56,326 bases of DNA from an uncultured archaeon (lineage in GTDB: Archaea; Halobacteriota; Archaeoglobi; Archaeoglobales; Archaeoglobaceae): assembly GCA_964533255.1 (NCBI GenBank), contig CAZHKD010000001.1:1-56326 (forward strand). Direction: 5' to 3'. Under the pieces are notes generated by a model, which saw only the letters and a program-made list of their open reading frames with translations, had not been told where the DNA came from and did not search any database. Below are positions 49,682 through 56,326 of this stretch, piece by piece. The translations under genes were made by a program, and so were the position numbers. Each line of letters begins with the position of its first letter. The stretch's first letter is position 1.

Positions 49682-52600
49682 TTACAACAACTCTTTCCCC
49701 CTGTCCGTAAGCTCGAGAACCTTGTATCTGCCAATTTTTCTCTCGATAATAAGTCCAAGACTCTTCAACTCTTTCAGTTTCTTTGTTGCCGTAGGGCGTG
49801 TTATATTGAAGGCCCTCATGATGTCTTTATGGGCTGGATTTCTGCCCAGATCGTTCTGTCTCTGTATGTATCTCAGAATGTCAAAAAGGTCCTCCTTCAG
49901 TTTAATCCGGTACTTGGGCTCTATCCTTTTGACCTCTTTCTCCAGCCGCACGCGTTCCCGTTCTGAAAGGATGTCCGGGTCGATTACAACCAAAAGGATG
50001 CCCTTGGTCAAATACACCAGTTCATTCAGCTTGGTAAGGAACTTCAAAACCTCATCGAAGCCGTGAATCAGTATTAAGTAGTCCAGCCTGTCCAAGAGCA
50101 CGACGTTGTTTCTGGACATGAAGTCTTCAACAATTTTCTCAAGAAGTAAAAGTTCTGGACGTACTATACCCTTTCCTTTCTTCTTCTCGCTAATCCAGAG
50201 AATCTCCACATCCTCACCAACTAATTTCTCAATCTCCTCTGGCGGAGTTCTGCTGATCACCATGGCTTTGTATCCAATGTCAATCAGATTTCTGAGAACA
50301 TCTGAACCTCTGTCCAGAGTCTTATCCAGAATCAGGTAGCTTCTTCCCCTCTCAATATTGTAATTCAGAGCCTTCAGCCTGAGCCTCTCCTCGGCTTCCT
50401 TAATTTCAGTTATATCTACAAGAACCTTCAGGTTCCCGACATAGCGGCCGTTCTCTATGATAGGGGTGGCGCTGACAATAACGTGCAGCTCCCGCTCTCC
50501 AGCATTTAACACCGCATTGAACCTCACCCTCTCACCGTTTCTTACTCTGCGATTCTCCTCTCTTATTTTCCCTTCGCAGTCAGGGGAGAAAATCTCAGAC
50601 CAGTGCTTTCCTATAAGCTCCTCTTTGGAGCTGCCGAGCATTTCAAGCATGCGGGGGTTGGCAAACGTTATGTATCCATCTTCATCCTCTATTAGAATAC
50701 CTTCTTCCATGCTCTGGACGATTTTCTCATTAAACTCCTTCAACCGTCTTATCTCTTCCTCCGCTTTCTTCCGATCGATTGCCGTGGATAGCGTATTGGC
50801 AACTGCTTGCAGAAAATTGATATCGTCCGCACTAAAATTTCTTTTTTTGGTTGTGTATGCCCCTAAAACGCCAAATACCTTAACCTTCCCCGGAATAACG
50901 GTGCTTATTCCGCTGACAAAGTCTAGCTGTGCTGAGGCCGGTACTTTGAAACTCCCGGTGGGAAGGTCTTTCACAATGAAAGGCTCATCCGACTTCAGAG
51001 TTTGCGCAATCAGAGGGTGGGAACTGATATCAAACGTTCTCACCTGCAATTCATCCTTCAGTCCGGTAACTGCACGTACCAGCACATCCCTCCCACTCGG
51101 AGAGAGTTCCAGAATCTCGACATAATCCACTTCGAGGCTCTGTGCAACGAGCTCAGCGGCCTCATTCATGAGCACATCGAGGTCAGCACCTGACAAAGCC
51201 AGCCCACTCAGTTTTGAGAGGGCTACGTGATGGCGAACCTCCCATGTTTTCATGATAACTTTTCTGACCCTTTCAGTATCAAGCCAGCCCCTGTTCAACC
51301 TCTCAATAATTTCCTCTATTTTCTGGATTTGTTCTTGCATTTTGACGGCAGCTTCCCTGTCCTCAACAGTTGCCTCAGTCATGGCAAGCAGAGCAGTAAG
51401 CGGGTCGCCGATCTCGTCGATTAGCGTAGCGAACTGGTATATGTTCTCCTCGATTTGCTCAACGGCCTTTCTACTAATCTCTTCCAACTCAATGTTCCTG
51501 ACCGCAAACCCGATATCGTTGGATATCGTCTCCAGCAGTTCGAGCTCTTCAATACTCAATTCAGCCTCCGTTCCCTGATATAGTATGAGCACGCCCCTTG
51601 GGACTCCGTCAACAACCATGGGGAAAAACAGAACCTGCTTCACACCCCACTGACCGGCTAAGCAATTTCTGCACTTCTCCGCTCGCCCTTTGACTACTTT
51701 ACCGCCTCTGACAACCTCATTCAACACCTCGCAGTGATCCACTTCAGGCAGGGTCTGTCCGCAGGAAGTAGCGGTTACGATCTCGCCGTTCTCGATAAGA
51801 CCTATTCTGGCGGATATGAACTCATGAAGACTGGTAAGCTCCATACATACCTTCTCTAAAAGCCTTTGCCGGTCTTTTTCCTGGACAATTATCCTTCCAA
51901 TTCTGATTAGTCCTTTGAGGAGCATTTCCCGCCTTTTTATATCTGTTATATCTCTTGAAATCACAAGGCAGTGCCTGTCCCCCCTCAGCTCAAGAGGGAC
52001 AAAAGAATTTATGAAGTGCCTGCCTTCTCTGCTGTCCTCGAACGCGATCCGCTTATTCTCCTTTATGGCCTTGAGGGCATAATTCATCCTCCTCTCTGCA
52101 ACATCTCTGGGGAGCACATGGTAGACGCTCTTCCCGACGGGATTGATGCCGAGACTCTCAATCATCGCAGGATTGGCTTCGATAATGACTCCATCCTCTC
52201 TGACTATTCCGACGATGTTGGGAGTGTTCTGGAATATCATTCTGTATTTTTCCTCGCTTCTTCTCAGCTCTTCCTGAAGTTCTTTCAGCTCAGTTATGTC
52301 GGTGTATATTCCAAAAGCCTCTGTTCTATCCCCTGCCTTAATCGGAACTCCTGTCAAAATAAAGTACTTTTCCCCGAAAGCCGTCTTCCTGCAAACCTCC
52401 GCCCGTACGAACTCACCGGATAGCACAATTCTGTTTAGCTCCTTTGCCTCTGCTAGCCTCTCGGGAGGCACAATAATCTCATCAAGTTTCCTTCCCGTAA
52501 CTTCAGACTTAGGATACCCAAACACCCGCTCAAAGGCAGGGTTTACGTCCTTTATTACCGGTTCACCATCAGCAAATTCCACGATTACAGAGGGATCGGA

Positions 52601-53689
52601 TATGTTTTCGAATAGAGCCCTAAACCTGTTTCCCTCCTCCTTCAGCCTCTCATGAGACCTCTTTAGCTCCGTTATGTCCTTCAAAAAGTCCACCATGTAT
52701 TTTTTGTCTCCGGCATCCACCTGCATGCCCACGATATCAAGAACCCTCCTGCTGCCATCGGGCAGCACGATCTCGTATCCCTCGATTCTTCCCGCCAGCT
52801 TTCCTTCAGATGCGATGGTCTCTTGAACGGATTTTTTAAGAGTGCTGTAAGCTCTTACGCTTCTTCTCTCTTCGGGCAAAAGCTGAAATATCACGTCCCA
52901 GATTTCCCTTCCAATAACATCTTCCCTCTTTAACCCGGTCAGCCTCTCTGCTGCTCTGTTCCACTCTACAATCCGACCCCTCTCATCCTTCACGGCTATG
53001 CCAACTGTGGTGTTCTGAAGCAGGGCATTATATCTATCCCTGAGACTCCTGAATTCATCCAGAATCTTCTTCTTGGTTACAATGCCATCTCTCAACCTCT
53101 TGTAAACCTCCCTGTCGACTTCCCTGCCCAAGAAAACATGGGGTGGGAGGTAGTACGGGTTGTCGTGAATGGTGTCCTGGAGAACCACTGTCGGGTGTGT
53201 CAGAATGGCACTGACCAATCTATCAGCTTCAGACATCTCCTCGCTGTACAGACATAGAGCAACGGTTTTGCTCTGATGCAGAAAGTGGTTCAGCTTTGCC
53301 TCGTACTCCGTGAGCCTCTCGACTCCGGGTACGTCAGCTAAAGCCCAGGTCATGTCACTAGCCATCCTTAATCCTCTGAAACCCTCATTGATTGCCTGTT
53401 TTTCCATCTCCTCGATCAGCCGAATCACCTCATCTGGCTGGAAACTTTTGTTCCCGAGATACATTTCTTCTGAAGTCAGAAAAACCAGCTGGTCTGAAGG
53501 TTGCCGGGGGATGTCGAATTTCGCTAACGAGGATAAGACCTCATCCCGGGTTCTCTCATCCAGGATACATACGCACTTCTCATTTTTCCTGAAACCTTCT
53601 AGTAGGAACTGAGTGAGAGTTGAGAGCTGTTCTTCACGGCTTCTGAAAATTGCACACATGTGGTCGTGAAGAGAAGGTTTAAGCCTCAT
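49682..53689 (-). CDS. 1335-aa multidomain one-component sensor-regulator: MEDS - PAS x3 - GAF - DHp-like hairpin - GAF - PAS - DUF835 - wHTH
   Basis: Start at ATG 53689 (AT-rich promoter upstream). MEDS (HDHMCAIFRSREEQLSTLTQFLLEGFRKNEKCVCIL..., aa 1-185). PAS repeats at about aa 215-340, 350-470 and 478-588. GAF at about 595-735. HisKA-like helix with Asp in the His position at aa 740-805. GAF at about 820-972. PAS at about 980-1097. DUF835-like module at about 1110-1258. C-terminal wHTH (NPAHKDIMRAFNITRPTATKKLKELKSLGLI). Confidence 0.9.
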   Translation of the reverse strand: MRLKPSLHDHMCAIFRSREEQLSTLTQFLLEGFRKNEKCVCILDERTRDEVLSSLAKFDIPRQPSDQLVFLTSEEMYLGNKSFQPDEVIRLIEEMEKQAINEGFRGLRMASDMTWALADVPGVERLTEYEAKLNHFLHQSKTVALCLYSEEMSEADRLVSAILTHPTVVLQDTIHDNPYYLPPHVFLGREVDREVYKRLRDGIVTKKKILDEFRSLRDRYNALLQNTTVGIAVKDERGRIVEWNRAAERLTGLKREDVIGREIWDVIFQLLPEERRSVRAYSTLKKSVQETIASEGKLAGRIEGYEIVLPDGSRRVLDIVGMQVDAGDKKYMVDFLKDITELKRSHERLKEEGNRFRALFENISDPSVIVEFADGEPVIKDVNPAFERVFGYPKSEVTGRKLDEIIVPPERLAEAKELNRIVLSGEFVRAEVCRKTAFGEKYFILTGVPIKAGDRTEAFGIYTDITELKELQEELRRSEEKYRMIFQNTPNIVGIVREDGVIIEANPAMIESLGINPVGKSVYHVLPRDVAERRMNYALKAIKENKRIAFEDSREGRHFINSFVPLELRGDRHCLVISRDITDIKRREMLLKGLIRIGRIIVQEKDRQRLLEKVCMELTSLHEFISARIGLIENGEIVTATSCGQTLPEVDHCEVLNEVVRGGKVVKGRAEKCRNCLAGQWGVKQVLFFPMVVDGVPRGVLILYQGTEAELSIEELELLETISNDIGFAVRNIELEEISRKAVEQIEENIYQFATLIDEIGDPLTALLAMTEATVEDREAAVKMQEQIQKIEEIIERLNRGWLDTERVRKVIMKTWEVRHHVALSKLSGLALSGADLDVLMNEAAELVAQSLEVDYVEILELSPSGRDVLVRAVTGLKDELQVRTFDISSHPLIAQTLKSDEPFIVKDLPTGSFKVPASAQLDFVSGISTVIPGKVKVFGVLGAYTTKKRNFSADDINFLQAVANTLSTAIDRKKAEEEIRRLKEFNEKIVQSMEEGILIEDEDGYITFANPRMLEMLGSSKEELIGKHWSEIFSPDCEGKIREENRRVRNGERVRFNAVLNAGERELHVIVSATPIIENGRYVGNLKVLVDITEIKEAEERLRLKALNYNIERGRSYLILDKTLDRGSDVLRNLIDIGYKAMVISRTPPEEIEKLVGEDVEILWISEKKKGKGIVRPELLLLEKIVEDFMSRNNVVLLDRLDYLILIHGFDEVLKFLTKLNELVYLTKGILLVVIDPDILSERERVRLEKEVKRIEPKYRIKLKEDLFDILRYIQRQNDLGRNPAHKDIMRAFNITRPTATKKLKELKSLGLIIERKIGRYKVLELTDRGKELL

Positions 53690-53699
53690 TATAATATAA

Positions 53700-53725
53700 T
53701 CATATATAACATTATTTAAAATTTT
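53700..53725 (-). promoter_or_regulatory. AT-rich promoter region with TATA-like boxes for the sensor gene
   Basis: The minus-strand sense reads TTTTAAATAATGTTATATATGATTATATTATA-ATG. TATA candidates lie about 17 and 29 nt upstream of ATG 53689. Confidence 0.35.
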
Positions 53726-54041
53726 TGAAAAGTGAAATCCAGTAGATCGACTACGCGATAAGGTGATAAGACAAAAACTGGCTCTTTCCGTCGGACATTC
53801 TCGACATGGTTGCTGAGAACGACTCTGATGAGAACATTCCAATGGTCAGATGGCGAGGACTTCAAAAATGGCCAAAAGGAGGAGGGTGCAACGCTAAAAA
53901 GATCGCTTCGAGCCGTCAGCACTCAAATCTGAAGAATTGTAAAGTTTTCTAAAGATTATTAAAGCGTTTCAGGGCCTCTGGGATATTAATTTACGGGCGT
54001 CTTAGGAAAGTAACTTTTTATTTTTCGAGGTCGAATATTAT

Positions 54042-55424
54042 TTGGTGATGCGCATGAGAGCATGGCTTGTGGCGGCGGTATTATTGTTGGTATTGGTGCC
54101 AGCATTCGCAGCGGCATCCAGCATGGATGATGAGAAGGAAAAGATGAGTGAAGACATGATGGGAGAACACGGAGGGGCCGCAAATGCTACTCCTGGAGCA
54201 CCCATGGGTCCCATGGGGCCTGCAACCCCGCAGAAATGGCAGGAACGCAGGGAGGAGTTCAGAGAGAAAATGAAAGAAAGGGCTGAGGAAATGAGGGAGA
54301 AGTACAGGGAGAGAGCAGAGGAAATGAGGGAGAGAATGAAGGAAAGGGCAGAGAAGTATCACGAGTTCAGGGAGAAGTACGAGAAGGAGAGGGAGGAGTA
54401 CATGAAGATGAGAGGGGATCTAAAAGGTGAGAGGTTCGAACATGCCAAGCGCTTTGTCCATGCTGGCGGTAACATGGGCATAGCATACCTCGAGAGGCTG
54501 AGAATTTACGTTGAGAACACTCCAAGGATCTCTAATGAAAGCAGGGCAGAGATACTGGCTCAGATAGACGAGTACATATCGCTGCTGGATGAGAAGGTAA
54601 GCAGGGTGAACAATTCAACCACGCCAGAAGAGCTGAGAGAGGCAGTAAAAGAGCTGAGAGATACTTGGAAGGACGTCAGAAAGGGTATAAAGAGTATTGT
54701 TGGCCAGATAGTGGCTGCAAAGCTCGAAACAGTTATCGACAGGGCAGAGCTTGTGGAAAGCAGGCTTGATGAAAAGATTATTGCCTTGCAGGAAGCTGGT
54801 TATGATACCTCCAGCCTCGAAGCGCTGCTGAGTGATTACTCGGAAAAGATTGACCTCGCGAAAGAGAAGATTCAGGAGGCGAAGGAGAAGTTCAGAGCTG
54901 CGGGAAGCGCTGAGGATGTGGATGAGTTGTTCCGTGAAGGGGACAGCCTGCTTAAGGAGGCAAACAGATACCTGAGAGAGGCTTTTAAGGACATCAAGGA
55001 GTTTGTTAAGGAGCTGAAGCCGGGAATCAGGGAGGGAAGGATATTCTTCGGAGGTAAGGCAGGAGAGGTGTGGGCAAGTGGCGACGGGATTGCAGAAGTA
55101 AATGGAGATGCAATTGTTCGCGTCAGCGGAGAAGGTACGTTGGAGATTACTCCTGCAGATGCGGTGGTCACGGTTGTGGGCTTTGGGGAGAAGAGCGTCG
55201 CTGACAACACTGTAACCTTCACCGGGGAGGGCAAAGCAGTTATCAGGGGCAAGGATATAACAGTTAGGATAGAAGGGGAGGACGTTAAGCTATTCGCCAA
55301 GGGCAAGGGCAGTCTGTATCTGGAAGGAGAAGGATACTACAGGGTAAAGAAGCTGCCAGAGGAGGAGATGAGTGAGGAAATAGAGTTTGAAGGAAGCGTG
55401 ACAGTTGACTTCGGAGGGGAGTGA
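54042..55424 (+). CDS. secreted coiled-coil protein with beta-rich Gly-repeat C-terminal domain
   Basis: 460 aa; the real start is probably ATG 54048 or 54054. Signal peptide MRMRAWLVAAVLLLVLVPAFAAASS, a Met/His/Pro-rich segment, repeated ERAEEMRE(K/R) heptad-like units, a long helical region, then a GxG-rich beta region (GDGIAEVNGDAIVRVSGEGTLEI...). Confidence 0.7.
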   Translation: MVMRMRAWLVAAVLLLVLVPAFAAASSMDDEKEKMSEDMMGEHGGAANATPGAPMGPMGPATPQKWQERREEFREKMKERAEEMREKYRERAEEMRERMKERAEKYHEFREKYEKEREEYMKMRGDLKGERFEHAKRFVHAGGNMGIAYLERLRIYVENTPRISNESRAEILAQIDEYISLLDEKVSRVNNSTTPEELREAVKELRDTWKDVRKGIKSIVGQIVAAKLETVIDRAELVESRLDEKIIALQEAGYDTSSLEALLSDYSEKIDLAKEKIQEAKEKFRAAGSAEDVDELFREGDSLLKEANRYLREAFKDIKEFVKELKPGIREGRIFFGGKAGEVWASGDGIAEVNGDAIVRVSGEGTLEITPADAVVTVVGFGEKSVADNTVTFTGEGKAVIRGKDITVRIEGEDVKLFAKGKGSLYLEGEGYYRVKKLPEEEMSEEIEFEGSVTVDFGGE

Positions 55425-55425
55425 G

Positions 55426-55683
55426 GTGCGGAAGGCGATAGTGCTGGTGCTGGTAGTCTCAGCCTTATTCCTCGGATGCGTCCAGGAGGCAAAGCAGAAG
55501 TCACCTGTCTCCACCCCCACACCAACTCCAGAACCAACACCGACACCCACGCCGACGCCCGCACAAACCCAGGAGAGCGTGGTGCAGGACCAGGACATTC
55601 AACAGGCGATTAGCGATATTCAGGAAATCGAATCCCTCATGAGCGAGCTGCAGCAACTCGACAACCTGACATTTCAGATCTAA
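55426..55683 (+). CDS. small lipoprotein with (Thr-Pro)n linker
   Basis: 85 aa from GTG 55426, 1 nt after the upstream stop and preceded by GGAGGGGAG. Lipobox LFLGC, then STPTPTPEPTPTPTPTP and an acidic helical tail. Confidence 0.6.
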   Translation: MRKAIVLVLVVSALFLGCVQEAKQKSPVSTPTPTPEPTPTPTPTPAQTQESVVQDQDIQQAISDIQEIESLMSELQQLDNLTFQI

Positions 55684-55688
55684 AGGAC

Positions 55689-55701
55689 TTTTTTATTTTT
55701 T
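55689..55701. terminator. T6-A-T6 tract between convergent genes
   Basis: TTTTTTATTTTTT lies 6 nt after the stop at 55683. A further AT-rich tract precedes the convergent gene end at 55773. Confidence 0.45.
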
Positions 55702-55772
55702 ATTAAGAACTGGTTACTTTGGCAGTTTGTAAGCAATTATATTACAAAATTTCAGTAAATAAATTTTTTTAC

Positions 55773-56326
55773 TTATTTGATGAAGAAACTGTATATCCCA
55801 AAGACCCTCCATACCACATCCAGCATGAGCCCCCTCTTCTCTTTCAGCAACCTCCATAACATGCTATAGCCGTACTCATCTCTGACCAGCTTTAAAATGG
55901 CATCCAAAACTTCCCGGTTATCTTTTAAGAAGCTGTAAGCTCTCCGGGGAGACGAGTAAAACATCATGCTCAGTCTTCTTGCGTATTCGAGTTCTGACCA
56001 GATCTCCCCTGCAATTCTGATGTCGTACTCCTTCAGTTCTGCTTCGCCTTCCATCGCCCTTTCGAGCACTTCGCTGGCTATAACGCCACTTTTAACTGCA
56101 TAATATATCCCCTCGCCAGTGAGGGGGTCAGCAAGGGCTGCAGCGTCGCCAGTGAGCACTACGCGATCGGTTGAGAGCTTTGATGCTCCGTCAAATACCG
56201 GAAGCAATGAGCCGTATCTTGCCTCGTCCACCACCTTTCCTGCAATATTCTGCTTTTCAAGAAAAGCAGTGTAGTACTTTCTGATGTTCCTGACCTTGCC
56301 TCTCAGCCCACCAATACCAACAGAAA
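55773..56326 (-). CDS. geranylgeranyl reductase family FAD-dependent oxidoreductase, C-terminal part (gene continues beyond right edge)
   Basis: VVLTGDAAALADPLTGEGIYYAVKSGVIASE is the GGR/FixC-type FAD motif. My reading of the frame upstream of the track start (56234) stays open to the window end (...GIGGLRGKVRNIRKYYTAFLEKQNIAGKV...). Confidence 0.85.
   Translation of the reverse strand, partial: SVGIGGLRGKVRNIRKYYTAFLEKQNIAGKVVDEARYGSLLPVFDGASKLSTDRVVLTGDAAALADPLTGEGIYYAVKSGVIASEVLERAMEGEAELKEYDIRIAGEIWSELEYARRLSMMFYSSPRRAYSFLKDNREVLDAILKLVRDEYGYSMLWRLLKEKRGLMLDVVWRVFGIYSFFIK

Noticed and set aside
53800-53955. About 48-codon plus-strand ORF (MVAENDSDENIPMVRWRGLQKWPKGGGCNAKK...) and a 68-aa minus-strand ORF in the sensor / secreted-protein divergent spacer
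   Set aside because: There is no ribosome-binding site or promoter geometry and no recognisable fold, and the two overlap each other. They cannot be supported from sequence alone.
1-56326. Scan for tRNA (T-loop GTTCGAATC-type motifs with flanking stems), rRNA, CRISPR repeats, IS elements or integrases, and long terminal repeats
   Set aside because: No convincing T-arm or acceptor combinations were seen. There are no regularly spaced repeats with more than 2-4 copies and no transposase or integrase-like ORFs. A by-eye scan is imperfect, so tRNAscan, Infernal and CRISPR finders should confirm.

Overview
This is a dense, almost fully protein-coding 56.3-kb chromosomal segment from an archaeon. 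Gene content points to a hyperthermophilic euryarchaeon of the Archaeoglobales type: Gar1-TFB, Nop10-aIF2alpha, AlaRS-CofE, tungsten AOR, TmcA, Clp1, and lipoproteins with Thr/Pro linkers. That placement is inference from recognised protein families; no search could be run. I can support about 65 CDS. They cover information processing (gar1, tfb, alaS, nop10, aIF2alpha, tmcA, rlmE, clp1), cofactor metabolism (cofE, a NirJ/Ahb-like radical SAM, ctaB) and transport (Liv-type ABC, feoB plus a DtxR-like repressor, ABC-2 exporter, EamA). They also cover energy metabolism (a ba3-like haem-copper oxidase operon, AOR, PaaK-type ligase, ferredoxin), a VapBC toxin-antitoxin pair and several regulators (NikR, Lrp/AsnC, HTH_10, wHTH). 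I saw no rRNA, tRNA, CRISPR array, transposase or integrase. The most unusual region is 47.3-53.7 kb. It holds a 1335-aa one-component mega-sensor with the architecture MEDS - 3xPAS - GAF - His-less DHp-like hairpin - GAF - PAS - DUF835 - wHTH. Immediately downstream is a tight operon encoding a 117-aa orphan protein, a secreted tetrahaem cytochrome c and a single-domain KaiC-like ATPase, followed by a DUF5658-like membrane protein. The operon promoter carries an array of 10-bp-phased ACGTTAA(A/T)G repeats. I propose this as a candidate uncharacterised KaiC-centred redox signalling module. Other points worth a second look: an unannotated 48-aa subunit-IIa-like ORF heading the oxidase operon, with twin ACCGGT palindromes over its promoter; a tmcA-ASCH-thioesterase acetylation cluster; an archaeal GTPase with an Arf-like N-terminal amphipathic helix in the conserved GTPase-DUF2073-Zn-ribbon triad; a dual-coding polypurine tract shared by gar1 and tfb; an archaeal SpoVG; and two GC-rich structured intergenic segments that may be small RNAs. 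Start codons were refined by hand from the ORF track and are stated where uncertain.
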